Of a stretch of 64,000 nucleotides of DNA, positions 40,201 to 53,600 are shown one piece after another. Source of the DNA: Lingula anatina (lineage: Eukaryota > Animalia > Brachiopoda); assembly GCA_051362555.1 (NCBI GenBank), contig CM120645.1, positions 4,092,001 through 4,156,000 of the forward strand, in the 5' to 3' direction. Under the pieces are notes generated by a model. That model worked only from the letters and a program-made list of their open reading frames with translations, was not told where the DNA came from and did no database searches. Within the stretch, counting starts at the first letter, position 1. The number at the start of each line of letters is the position of its first letter. The translations under genes and the position numbers were made by a program.

Positions 40201-42229
40201 GGTGATTATAGCTGATCAGATAACTGATAAGGCAGATCTGTTTGAAAGTGTCATTACAATTTTCATCCCAAAAACGATGTTGTTACGCCATTAGTTCGCA
40301 TTAGCAAATTTATCCCGGTATATTTTTGATGTGACAGCATTATTGCATGACATAACAATGCTTATTTTCGCAATATATAAGCGACTATGGAAATAAATCA
40401 CAACGTAACGAAATCCCTTTTTCTTAACCTTTAAATATAAATAAAACTACACGACACAGCCGCTTTTCAAGCGGCGTTCTACTTACAGTAGATGAAGAAT
40501 TTTATATAGGCAGGCATATGACTTTAAGAAGGTTTTCAACCCCTCGGGTAAAGAAAGCAAATGATCAATGATCACGGGTTGTTGTCCAGAGTTTGAAAAC
40601 GCACCTGGCAGGTAGATAGTGACAGCTCAGTCTGATATTTCAACCTGATAACTACCTCTTACATCAGACAGCATCGTCAGGTATTGCGTCACAGGCACGT
40701 GTCCGTGTGGCACAGTAATTTCCAGAGCAAATGAAAGGCGCAGTTTTCTATAAGCTCGATATTTACGAAGGGAGCAACTAATTTATTTTGGTATGGCAGT
40801 CTTTTATAAGGGCAAGATATCCGAAGGTTATCCACCGCTCAAGTCATTCTGTAATTGAAACACACCCTTTTCAAGAACACTACCTGTCTCTTATCAGGGA
40901 ATTATATATCCGATATAATTCCCTGCTCTAATCTTTGCGTAACTAGGACCAAAAAGTAATGCGGGGTATTTTGTATCGGGATATATTACTGAATATTCAT
41001 CGTCAAATTCGTTTTCGGGTTCTATTTTTCTAATAAGTATCGCCACGAGCGAAAAAGAAAAGATAGACAAATGCTATATCTGACATAACTGCCTGTCCTT
41101 AGAGCTGGGAGACAAAATAATCAAGAAGAGACATCAATTCTTATACTTACGTCATTGTAATCGTAAATGGTCTGAATAACTGAAGACATGCCTCCTTCAA
41201 CTCTGGTTTCCAAAACACATGCCGTTGAATTGGCCAAGTCCAAGGCAATTGTGGACGACGACTGAAAGACGAAATACATGAAATATTGATTTTTTAAACT
41301 AAAATTTTGAAAAAATATTTTTAAAAATTACACAGCGACGTAATTCAAACTAACACGTAAGCACGGATGTAAATCTTTCATTGGTATGGGTAAAACAAAA
41401 ATCATCAGACGACCAACGCACAAAATATTGACACACTTGAGATGGTTGTGACACATATTCTGCTCTCGTCCCTGGCCCTGCTGGTGCATACATCCACAGG
41501 TAGAATGTATTGATTATCGCGTAGACGAATTTTCTTTTTCACGGAAAGTTTTGTGCAAATGAAACCCTACCTTTAGTCTGCTTGCATTTGAAATAAATCT
41601 GCCTTTTTCTATAAAGGAAATTATCCTACAACATTGATATCAATATCTCATATTTCTTCGATACTACATGTATTATCTACAAGCGAAATACTTCCATTCT
41701 CAAAATGATATCAGCTAAATTATTTAATATGATTGGATATATTCATAGTGATATCATTTAGTAACTACCATTATTTTGGTCACGTTACGGTTCTCGAAAA
41801 GAGTAGATCACTTTGGCACCATGTTATCAACTTCAGAACACAACCGAAAAAAATGTGGGAAAAAATTGATGAAAATATTCACCGTGCAAAAACGTTTATA
41901 GTGCAGTTCGTAAAATAATGTGAATGGCGCAAAAAAAATCGTATTACTGCTTTAATTCGTGACAATCGAATTCAGTAGACTCTACCATTTAATTTGGAGG
42001 ATTTACCCACCTGATAGCTAGAACCTTGCGTATCTACAACTACTTCGTCTGTCTTGTACTCCAATTGCCAATATTTTGGGCTGAAGCAATTCCCTGGTGT
42101 AGGTGGAGTCTTGGGAGTCCGGGGGGTGCGAGGTCCCGGAGGTTTTGGAGTTTTGGGTCCTTTGGAACCCTTGCCTAAAACTCCTGCGAAGATCATCACA
42201 AGGATGAAGACCGTCACATATCTAACCAT
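37121..42229 (-). CDS. Ependymin-related protein copy 3; 6 exons, 301 aa, intact
   Basis: Exons 42229-42011, 41261-41151, 39317-39224, 38619-38455, 38074-37866, 37228-37121; same lengths and phases as copies 1 and 2. Confidence 0.85.
39691..39861. mobile_element. 171-bp MITE with CAGGGGCGTAAC TIRs and 5-bp TSD (hAT5-like)
   Basis: caggggcgtaac ... gttacgcccctg, flanked by AATTA on both sides; absent from the paralogous intron in copy 2 (actaattcagactt at ~30239). Confidence 0.85.
40895..40925. mobile_element. 31-bp palindromic micro-insertion (two 13-bp TIRs) with an imperfect 7-bp TSD
   Basis: cagggaattatat-atccg-atataattccctg flanked by ctcttat/ctctaat; copy 1 has a single ctctcat at ~20668. 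Confidence 0.65.
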
Positions 42230-43339
42230 TTTTTCTGCAATTTCGTGCAGCTGAACCGTCCGTGTTCTTACTTCTTTTTTCTTGTGTTCGCGTTTCTGTC
42301 TTTTATACCACAGCACAACTCTGCTTGTGGCGTTTTTTTTCTTTTTTTTTTTTACGTGAACACAGCACGTGCTTCGATCTCATGACAAATACTGCCCCGC
42401 GTGACAAAACATTAGTTTTTTTTTTTTTGCAAGTAGCCACTTCCTTTTTTTAGTTATTAATTTTTATTTCAAGTAATTGCTAACAAAAAGGTAGCAATAT
42501 CACACTAGACCATAATTCTGTATAATCATTGCCGTAAGAGATCGACACTTTGAGCGGAGACTCGGGAGGGGGGATCCATGGCAAAGAAGTTGAATTGTCA
42601 AGGTTTGTTGCTATGCCCCACCACATTTTTCATGAGTAAATTGACTCCTCTCATACCGAAAAATTGCTCGTATAAGCACGTCATATTACACCCCTCCCCC
42701 CCCTCCCCCCTCCTGTGAAAGCGTTAATTTTGATAATTGACTTGTGAATAATATTTGTTGAAAACTAGAACTACTAACTAGAATAAAGAGAAAAATAATG
42801 AATTACCACTGTTTATCTTTATTTGGTGTATTGATGGTTGGGTCGTCTTGATTTGTTTGATTTTATCTAAAGTGTTACATTTTTGCTTCTTTAATCAGTG
42901 ATTTTGTCGCAAATTCATAATTTTTTTAATTAAAGTCAATGTATTGACAGGACCTTATTTCAGTAAGATAGAAAGGGATGACCTTCCAATCTCTAATTTA
43001 AGTTCTATCAATCCCAAAAATATTAATTTATTCATTGCAATGTCTTAGGACGATATAGTGGAAATAACAATGTGTAAAAATAGAATCATCCTTCCATGGG
43101 GACAGCCAGTGGCATGCATTTTCCCAGGAACCGTTGCAATCCTCTGAAGAGAGGTTTACCAATCCCCAGAGTTTCAATTCTCTTATTCAGGTTGACCATG
43201 TTCGGCGTGGGGCGTCAATGTCCTAGTATCCCCGTTCCTACTCAACCCCTATTTCTTTTTTTATAAAGTTTTTCAAACCGCTTCAGTGTCTTTAAAAAAC
43301 TGAAAACAGAAAATCTGGCGATAATGCGAGTACGTTGGA

Positions 43340-43936
43340 AAGAAAAGGAGGTGTGTCATTCAGTTAAGCTGATTGCAGTCAGCAAGAGTCCTTGCAGATT
43401 TGGGTCGATCCATGCAGACCGATGGTGCCTGTGGAAACGGGGCATTTGACTCGACTGAAGCAGTAGTCCAATCACATGAAATGTTGCATCTCAGTTGTGG
43501 TATACTTGGAAATGCGTGGGTTATGTTTCGGACGTTATACGTATGCCATTTCAGTGGGCTAACATGTATTTATCTTGAATTCAATTAGACTAATCATCGT
43601 TTTATGACCCTTTCGTTTAACCGCCCCTGGTCATCATTAACTCGCCTGTTAAAATGTAGGATAAGATTAATCCCTTGCTTTTATCACTGGAAAATGAATG
43701 AAGCTGTGTAGTTTTTTTTTAATTACAGCCGTAATAAAGGGTGAAAATAAGTCATCTTGATTTGTCTCGTATGCCACCCAAGGTGTGAATGATGAATGGT
43801 CTCTCAGATCATGTGCACTATGACCTATCCCGTGGCCGAGCGATGAACCTGTGTGCCGCCCATCTGTTGTAACTTTCCATGTGTCTTTGTCACGAGTGCG
43901 GGTGCCAAGTGCATGTTGTTCAGTACGCTCAAATAA
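43340..43936 (+). pseudogene. Possible decayed TIR-domain gene fragment (two exon-like blocks)
   Basis: By-eye resemblance only: ..ARVLADLG..GNGAFDSTEAVVQSHEMLHLSCGILGNAWVMF.. ending at gtatgc (43541), then cag|IMCTMTYPVAER*TCVPPICCNFPCVFVT from 43808; contains in-frame stops. Confidence 0.25.
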
Positions 43937-43992
43937 TCCCCGGACTTGTAAATTATAATTTCAATGGAGTCGCTTGCTTGTGCACTTGACTC

Positions 43993-44042
<50 letters not shown>

Positions 44043-45699
44043 CCTTACACATGTACATATATATATGCTTTATTCATACTTTCTACACCCGACTGAGCTG
44101 GAGGAAATGTACAGAGATAAATAATAATAATAATAATAATAATAACAAAGAAACTTTTATACAGATAAATAGCATTAAAATTATATGTATGTATGTGTGT
44201 GTGTGTTTGCACCGTAATCATAAACCAGGTGCGATCTTAATGCCGAGTCAACTGCTCACAGCATTGATCGTACGCTATGTATACATGACTATCGAAATGA
44301 ATTATGAACGAGCATAATCAGTGAAATGAATCTTAATATTTACAGCAATTATTTATAGCCATAGAAATCACTAAGCGGAAGATGCAGCAAAGTTTCTTTT
44401 CTCAAGAGCGATGTTAAGGATTTGGCCAAAGACACACATGTATTTCTCGTTACTGCCTCGTTTGGGTTGTACATTATGAGGGAGAATTTATCTTTGTTGT
44501 TTAAATGTGTAAAACGTGTGGCCGCTTTGTACTACTTGTAAGTGTTCCTTTTTGCATGCAGTGTATATAGGACAGGTAATTCAAAAGTGCTGTTCATCCT
44601 CTATAAGTTAACTCCAGTGTGGCAAATTTCAATGTGCAAATTGTGGCTGCTGATTTTGAAATGGTTAGGGTTTGGCGATTTTCTTTCTATTGAATTAAAC
44701 CAAGGCATTTTCCTTTCTCTAAATTAGATGTAATTATATAATGCAAGTGAACTTGTGCGATTTGAGTAATAAGCACTTTTTTCTAGAATGCAGTGAACAC
44801 AGAGCCGAACGGGAAATACTGGTCGCCTCCGTATCAGAGGTGAATTTGCAGGGTCCAACAATAAACCATCAATTTTACTCAATCGACTCTCTGCCCAGAG
44901 TGTGAGTGCCATATGTAAATTTGTAAACAGTGCAATTAAAAAAAACTTGACTCCCTGCGTGGATGAGCATAGTTTGCTACTTAAATAATTACTTTATACG
45001 TGTATTAGTTAAAGAGCCTGTAAATGTAAACCATTTCTTTGTGCTCAATTTATTATTATTATTATTAATAATAAAGATTTGTTTGTACCGCGAAATAGTG
45101 CAGCACTGGATCCACCTAATCCACCAGATAAGAAATTGGGATATAAGCCTTCCGAATTAATATCGGAAGGATCAGATTTAGAGAGACCTCTTGTGAGAGC
45201 TAAGGAGACGGACGCGAGTTGTGGGAAGGGTTCAGAAGTTGGATACTTCACCTAGAACATGTAGTTAGCGAGCGTCAACAAATAAATCGTTAAACTGGAC
45301 ATCATGTGCCCTCGGTTTTCTTTGAGCCACTTTACGCAAATCCGACACGAACCATGGAATTTCGGATTGAGTATTGCGCGGTATTAAAATATTTCATTAC
45401 ATATTTATAAAAGTTTCATTACAATATTTGTGTCCATGTACAGTATAAAGTTGCCCTTGGGACTCCGGAAATCTTCCAGCCGATTATAATAATAAGTTTA
45501 TTGAGCACTAAATGGCATGAATACAATTGCAGGCTCACTAGACTACATTATTTACACAATATATAAAGGATATACATTTATATATGTTTACATATGTATT
45601 ATGCTTAAATTACACATGTGTTAATGCGTGTTATGCTATAAGATTAATTAATTAATTAAGCTATTCACAGCATTATCAACAATTAGTGGCTGTGATGTA

Positions 45700-46320
45700 C
45701 TAAAATGTGGGTGATCTATGTATTTTAACAGCAGTTTTTACAAATTCTGCTATAACTTTGAGACTTTTCTCACAGGGTGGATTAAGGAGAATTGGCAATA
45801 TCTGATCACTGTCCTCTAGACCCACTACACTGATTTTCAATAGCTCTTCATGCATTCGTTGCCTTTCAACAGTGTATCTTGTACATACCATGAGGAAGTG
45901 TTTTTCATCCTCTACGCAGATGCAAGCTTTACATTTTCTCTCGTCAAGTGGAGTTTTAGGGTTTGTGTATCGGCCCCTTTCTATTGCCAGGTCGTGGTCA
46001 CTTAGTCTAATTTTTTCCAGTGTTTTGATATCTAAGGAGGAGACACTGATTTTGATGTAATTTTCACATTCATAAGATTTTTTAATTGTATGGCCTTAAT
46101 TTGTTTGAGGTCCAGCTGTTTAATTCCTGCCAAAAAAGTTTTTTCCTTTTTTATGTTCAATTTTTCTACTAGGTTTTCTATTTGATGTATTTTCTTTGGC
46201 GAGTTGCTATCTTGGGAGAAACCCCAACAATAGTGAAAAGATTGGATGGATTCTGTCCATGTGTTTCCCTTTGTATCTTGCTCAAGATTGTCCACTTGCT
46301 TTACAATTCTATTATCTGGC
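45700..46320 (-). mobile_element. Decayed LINE (non-LTR retrotransposon) ORF2 3' fragment
   Basis: Minus-strand DIKTLEKIRLSDHDLAIERGRYTNPKTPLDERKCKACICVEDEKHFLMVCTRY, matching the LRLSxHxLxIExGRY + CxxC..VEDExHFLxxC zinc-knuckle C-terminus of LINE ORF2; frameshifted upstream. Confidence 0.85.
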
Positions 46321-48230
46321 AGTTGTCCCAGTCATGTGATGGCAGGCAGTTGTTCCAGTCATTATCATGTGATGTCCAAATATGATGTAACTTTTTTCTG
46401 TGCCTTTGGTACAAGCATGGGAGGATATTTTGTTTATTTATTTATTTTTTAACCGGACTCATTGTCACGGCTGACATAAAGATAATTATCAGGAAAAATT
46501 ATGTGACACAGACAGACGTGACGTCGCTCAAGAGTCTTTGTGTACCATTGGGCGCATTTCCAATGAATTTATCGTTCTACGTAAATCGATCCAACTCCTC
46601 GGCGACTGTCACTGAATGCAATGCAAACACGCCTCTTGTTTCTAAAGTGCTCGTATACGGTAATTCTCCAATCTATACGAACGATTAAAATTAATTATTT
46701 TTGGAAGATAATCATTTTGTTCGTAAGGCTTGAAATTCAGTCTGCTAAAAATTGCCACGCGTTCGTATCCATTGAAATACGAATGGAATACGGCTGTACC
46801 GGAAATTATCTCCACTTACCTACATTGCTAAGTGTAAGCATTACTTTCAGATTAAATCACTGTGATCAGCTTTTAGCACAAACAAATTATTCTTGCGATA
46901 TTGCAATGAATGAAAACAAACTAAACAAAAGTCGGGAATTCAAGTTAAGAAACAATTCCTTCATACTAAAGAGGTACATTTCTCCCAAGACAAGACAACA
47001 TCGTTTTTCCCTGTTATGTTTTACCAAGACAGGACAACATCGTTTTTCCCAACTTCTGTCAAAAACAGACAAGAATATTTGCGTATCCAGTTGCATATTT
47101 TATTTAATGCGTATTTACTTTTAATATGATTTCACATATAGAAAATCTGCAATATTAATAATGTCACCCCCCCCCCCCCCCCATTAGGCCTACATAAATT
47201 TCTTCCGCCAAAACAAAATACTTGAAACTCCTCACAGTAGATATCACTGTCGTTAATAGAGATTATACTTGATATGAAAAATAACATCAGCTCAATTCAC
47301 GTCTATTTATGTAAGTTTTTTACAGCATATTAATTTGCACGCAATCAATGTAAACTTAATTAGAAAAAAATACAGAAAACTGCAGGTAAATTTGTATAAA
47401 GTCATACGGCACCTTTATTTTTCACAATCACCAATATCAGTAAGGTTTACCTAATAGTTGTTCATGAGACAAGGTCTTTAACAAGGAAAAACAAACAAAC
47501 AAAAAAGCATGAACTTTATCACAACTCAAATTAGAAAAATAAATACAATACAAGACAGAACTCCTCTTAAAAAATTTAATTTCCTAATGACTACCAAAAA
47601 CAAAGAAAAACTCGATCATTGACTATGGATTTCTCATACTCTTCTGTTCTGCGTGGGTTTCACGTTTATAGATTTTACTGGAAACCAGTTATCGGTGAAA
47701 CACCGATGGTGGATGTTGATGATCAGTCGGCCGGCAGAAGTTAAGAAATGATAATAAACAGTAAGTAATTTATGTGTACTGATGCTTTCAATAATTTCTA
47801 AATAACAATAGGGTTTTAAAACTGGCCTGCAGCTGCCGGCAGGCAGGTTGAGTCCTTCTATCGTCTCATTCAAAAACAGCACAAATACATGATAACAATC
47901 TCTCCTGTCAAGTGGCAGTTCCTTTGTTTGGAACGGTGGTCTGAAAACTCGCTTTGACGAATCATGGGGCGAGTTTCAATTGGGCACACTTTCTTGCGTT
48001 CGGAAAATTTAAATTGTGCCCAAGGTGAGTTTAGCGATCGTTCGTACAGAACGGAGACAAAAAATTCAGATTCAGAGAAAAAACGTTTCGTTCGTAATTA
48101 TTGCGGCGTTCGTATAGATTGGAGAATTACCGTAACCACCGGTATTTTACCCGCACGAAAATGCAGTAGTATCGAAGTAGCAAAGAAGCATTAACGCAGT
48201 AGTGGTGTGGAGCATATTTGCAGTAGAAAT

Positions 48231-48391
48231 CAGGGCCGTAGCCTCCGGGGGGGCAGGGGGGCAGCTGCCCCCCCTGGGATTTAGAATTTTCCACACTGGT
48301 AGGGGGACACCCCCTCCCCCCTCGGGGGCTAAGCCCCCTCGTGTCCGCTTACTGCCCCCCCCCCTGGCATTTTGCTCAGGCTACGGCCCTG
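48231..48391. mobile_element. 161-bp GC-rich MITE with CAGGGCCGTAGCC TIRs and 5-bp TSD GAAAT (hAT5-like)
   Basis: gaaat-cagggccgtagcc ... ggctacggccctg-gaaat. Confidence 0.85.
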
Positions 48392-48774
48392 GAAATGCAG
48401 TATAGCCTACTGCAATTCTACTTCAAAAATTACATAGGGTTGTACAGAGGAGTAGATTAGCAGCATGATAGAAGCATGTTTCAAATATGCTAATTAGCTC
48501 CCCAATCGAAGCAGATTTGAAGCATGTTTGCAGTATGATTGCAGTAGTCTACTGCGCTGGAGTATCTACTTCGTTTTCGTGCGGGTACTCAACGCAAAGA
48601 GAAGACGTGTTAATCTGTTAATCTGATTGTATTCAGTGACAGTCCTGCGGGGTTGGGTCGATCTACATAGACCGATTGTTTCATTTGGAATGAGCTCATT
48701 GCAGTTTCTTTGCGTAATACTGATACTATGTAATTTCAAGTAATTAAGACATTTGTTTGTTCCGATAAATCTAA

Positions 48775-49448
48775 AGCCCGCCGCACACAGAACGATTTTT
48801 AGTCGGCCGACACACTTACGACAAAATATCTGCCTGTCTGCGCTGCTCCACGACAACTTTTCAACTAGTCGGGAGAGAATCAAACATGTTTGATTTTTAA
48901 ACGTCGTACCGTAGTGTGTGCGCTTTCCTACGACAATTTGTCGCGCTGATCATTATCTTCAGCCAATGGTTGCGCCATCTGATATCACATGCCCACGTCA
49001 GAATTCAATATGGATGCCCCCAGTAATTTTTTATTAGTATTTGGTTTTTTTTTAATTTTTCAGCGTCATAAACCATTTAACGACGTAAGTTACGTAACGC
49101 TGCATCGAAGCGACTAAATCTGTCTTAACTGACAAACTGTTGTCATCCTATAGGCTGTATTTTTATGGTCTATGAGTATTGCGTTGATTTAGAAAATTTG
49201 GGCATATCAATTTGCTCATTTTTCAATTAAATTAACTAGAGTAATCTTGTTATACTCTTACATTTAATTTTAACTCTTATCATTACAAATTGCAGCCATT
49301 TTGAAACAACGTACCACCTCGCGGACGAGACAATAACTACGTCACTTTCACCACACCAGTCGGCGCTTTGTTGCGACAGCTTGTCGTGTGCGTGCGCTGA
49401 TCTTATCTTTTGTCGGCCGGCGAAAAATTGTTCTGTGTGCGGCGGGCT
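48775..49448. mobile_element. PIF/Harbinger-like non-autonomous element (~670 bp)
   Basis: TIR agcccgccgcacacagaacgattttt..cggccgaca / tgtcggccg..aaaaattgttctgtgtgcggcgggct, flanked by TAA/TTA. Confidence 0.8.
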
Positions 49449-50680
49449 TTACACTGCGAGCAAAACATTTGTTATGTTGGATATGTAAAAAAGACCGTTT
49501 TAACAGTAGGCCTATGCTTTGAGAGAATTAAGAAGAGACAGAATAGAGTTACATGTACGAGAGAGAGTTCCGAGTTTCGAGACTTCGCGTCATATACCGG
49601 TACATTCGACTTAATAATAATTTGAAGTATCACCGGTCATTTTGTCGGCTGATTCTGTGTACACACTTGGCGTTTCTCTGTGCTACCCTTCATTAGGTCA
49701 AAAGGTTTGAAACTTCGAATCGCGGAATCTTTGGATCGCGTTTTGCGTATAAAGGTAAGTTAAAAGCATAACGTCTACTTTCGAATTAAACCAGGCTTTA
49801 ATTAAACTATGTACTAAATAAAGAGAAATGTGGGACATGATTTCATATTCCATAGGATTCTGAAAATTCTTGTCCACTACACGCTACCCCATATACGGTA
49901 CAGATCTTAAACGGTTCCTTGTCTTGGGATTATAGGCCCTACTTGTAATTAACTTCTAAATACAACACATGCCCAGGGCTGCTCCAAATTTAAGAATCTT
50001 AAATTGTGTTTGTGTTCAAAGTATTGTGTTCTGGTTTTTCTTCTGATAAAAAACTCGCCTGAATAAACGATTTACCCAGCCGTTTATCGTGTTTAGTTTT
50101 GTGCGGTGCATAATGATATGATATTATAAATTTATTGTCATGAAATATTATTGTCATATTGGACTTGGGGCATATTTTTTCTCCAGTCTTAGAATTGTCT
50201 GCTTGGCTTAGGTAGATGGCTTACCAGAACTTCAATTTTCCCATGTTTCAGTTTGTTTTGCGGGTAGGCCCCTAGGCCTGCTTAAAAATTTCTCAGATAA
50301 CCTGCCTTACCCCCGAGTTTCGCAAAGACAGTAGGCCTATGTAATAAGTTGCCATTCTCAGTCCATATGTCAAAACTGAGAAATTTAATGTCTCTTCACT
50401 TCCGCCAACTTATCGGATACTGTTAGTGTTAAAACACATGTACAAGGTCTAAGTTAAAATATGCCTCCAACATCACCGCGACTAGTGCTAAGGAGTAAAA
50501 TGACGTCACTGCAAACAGTCAATACGCGAATACAGTAATTGTACCGTCTTGAATTGGATGCTCTTCAATGCGAGAAGATAAGAAAGTGTCAGTGCTGCCG
50601 GCTGTGTCAATGAAACTTCTTCTGTAACATAATTATGTAGCTTAAAATTCCATTTGAAAGAAAAACCTCTAATGCCGATT

Positions 50681-53600
50681 ATGTCGGACGAAGAAGGTCT
50701 CATGGTTCAAGCCCTCGCTTTAGATTTTGGTAACGATGAGGACTATGAACTGGACGTTCCCCCAACCACCGGACAAGAATATTTACGTCGGGTGCAGTAA
50801 GTGAGGGGCACGCTTTTTTTCTGAATCTTAATCTGAATGGGGTTCTACGCAAGTCCTGTACGCGACGCGAGAGATGGTGTTTGTCGGCATTAGTCCTTAA
50901 AGGCCTACTGTGCTCTAGGAACACAGAGCGTTCACTGCTTTTTTATAGTATAAAAACTATAAATCGACGTCAAAAAATTGTTCTTTTTAAGTTTTAGAGA
51001 GAAAAGATGAGATTTAGATGAGAAAATTCTGATTGGTCAGTTTCTAGTGACGTAACCCAGGGAGTAGCTTCCCACAGCTGTAGTAGTAATAGTATAGGGA
51101 CAGTCGGTCATCCGGGCACTTTACCTTAGCAACCGGCATCTGGGGTAAAACAAATCGGGCAACATGGCGGATCGCATTGACTTCCATGTAAAAGTTGGCA
51201 GACTTCGTCCGAAGATATCATACTTCACAGTGCCTGACCACTTGTGTCACTGAGGATGAGTTATTTACCTGGTCGATTTCCTTTACAGACCTTTGTAATT
51301 AGCCGCTGCACACCTGGTCAAGAGATAAAATCGGCCTTAAATGCCGATCGTTATCTGTGGTCGGGAATCTTACAGTGGTAGATTGCAAAGACCCATTTGC
51401 TTACCTGGATGAGCATAATATTCACATGTCTTTGAAAAGAAAACCATACGGAAGCAACTAATATTATCAAGGAAGGTTTCAATTGTACTATAATAACTGT
51501 TGATGTTGCATATATTGCTGACACATATGACGGGGTAGATTTTGCAGGCCTACTGAATTGAACCGGTACTGTTTAACTCTCAGGCACGAACAAAAGTGAA
51601 ATGGTGGAAGCTTGCTGTTAACCAGGTGACACTACCAACACATTAATAAAATCTAATGGGATTTGTTAAATTTCAAAGATCCACGGAAAAGTAAACGACT
51701 GTTGCAGGCTATATATATAGGTCGTGCAAACGTGACTAAAGACGGGATTGTTGATCGAAACAAGATTTGGTCATAGCTATACATGCACTACGAGAATTGT
51801 GTATGTGTGTATAGATTATTTTATTATAGATAAGGAGAAAGTCATTGTACCTTGTTTGGTATTTATGTTTGTCATTTGTTACAGGAATTAATAAGTAATA
51901 TTTACAAGAAATTGAGATTGCATCTTGTTTTGGCATGTGTGACGGTATATCAATTCTTTTAGTTAAAATTGATGGACTATAACGTCGAACTTTTTTGTTG
52001 CAAGTTAACTGAGGGTGTTATGAAGATAAGATAAAAACGTACGTCAATATATTGACAAACCTGTGAGTTAATGTCTAAAATCTTTAAGTTATCAAGTAAA
52101 ATAAAAAAAAAGTTGCCATAAATAAAGCGACCTTAAATGGTAAAATGACATACATGTACAGCTTTATTACCGTGTTTGTTATTCAATTTAATTTTAACCT
52201 TGTACGTTTTGAAACTTTTAAAACGTTCTGTCTTCCATGATATTTCGCCAATTTTCGTACCAGAAAAGTGCACACTAAGATTGTAAACACTCATAGACGC
52301 ATAGCTGCCAATATTAATACAGGTAACAAAAAGTTAGCAAGCAACTGCTTATGCTGTCCTATTACTATACAGACAAATTAAGAGGCCATGGGACCGATGA
52401 CATTGCCCCTATCCTGTTCCCCTGGGTATTGCAGCAGCAGGTGATTTAATCACAATTTGTAGAACTCTTATTCAAATAACTTCTCAGTGTTGCACATTTT
52501 CCAGGCCTTTCTTACGATCCACGTTCTAAGAAGCCATTCCTTTTTCACCAACTTATGTACATGTATAGGCCTATACTTAAGGTGAACATTTGCGTATTCA
52601 GTTTATACCAATTTTATCCCGTAACAAGTTAAACAGTAGTTTATTACCAAGGCCTGCTAACTCAATAGTCCAGGTAAATGATTCAACCCGCCAGACACAA
52701 AAGGTCAAGCACTGCCTTTGCGAAATCTTCTGCTGTAAAATTCCCGATCACAGATAACGATCGGCAGTTATGTTAGGGCCGATTTTATCTCTTTACCAGG
52801 TGTGCAGCGGCTAATTACAAAGGCCTGTAAAGGAAAACGACCAGGTAAATAACTCATCCTCACTGACACAAGTGGTCAGGCACTGTGAAGTATATGATAT
52901 CTTCGGACAAAGTCTGCGAACTTTTACATAGAAGTCAATGTGATCCGCCATGTTGCCCGGTTTGTTTTACCCCAGATGCCGGTTGCTAAGGCGCGTGACG
53001 TCAGCCCGACTGTCCCTATATACTATGCAGTAGGCGACTAAACATCCAGGTGTCAGAAAAACAAATGCCGCAAAGTTGTGTTGCTCCCGGGTGCCGTAAT
53101 GTAGGCTACAATAAGAAAGACATCTGCTATTATATCCTGCCTGCGGATGCCGCAAAAAATTTGGCTCAATTCTCTGAAGTTAAAAAATCCCAGCACAGTG
53201 TCAAAACACGCGAGGATCTGTAGCGACCACTTCGAGCCGGAATGCTTCATACGTGACCTGCGAGCTGAATTGTGCGGTGGAAAAGCACGGAGAAAACTAA
53301 AAGATGATGCTGTACCCAGTATATTCGATTTTTCGGAGTACCAAAATGCGACAGTAAATGCCAGAGCGCTGCCGACGAGAGTCTTACCTGGAAGTTGTTT
53401 GCATGATGCGGCCGTCGAAAGGAAGAAGAGAGCAGCTTCTAGAGCCCAAAAAAAGTTCGTAGCAGAATTATGTTGTCGAATTTTTTGGTTATGTTAGTGA
53501 AAACTTTAATATTAACATGATAGTGGAATCAAATTTTTACTCGACATACTGCTGCACTGATCACGTGTAAGGCAGAAGTAGCGAGGTAACTTGCAGAGGT

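Larger units (their letters stand above)
10781..42412. repeat. Tandem segmental triplication: three ~10-kb units of ABCA 3' region + EPDR gene
   Basis: Unit 1 ~10781-22165, unit 2 ~22166-32771, unit 3 ~32772-42412. Collinear exons, introns, intergenic DNA and microsatellites; for example the 145-aa ORFs at 15407, 25763 and 35148 and the 113-aa ORFs at 18030, 28366 and 37773. Confidence 0.96.

Noticed and set aside
43825-44317. Poly-Lys/Phe/Asn ORFs
   Set aside because: They come from the poly(T) run and (AAT)n microsatellite.
46621-47124. 167-aa ORF
   Set aside because: AT-rich, no recognizable motif or splice context; includes a short tandem duplication (ccaagaca..acaacatcgtttttccc twice).
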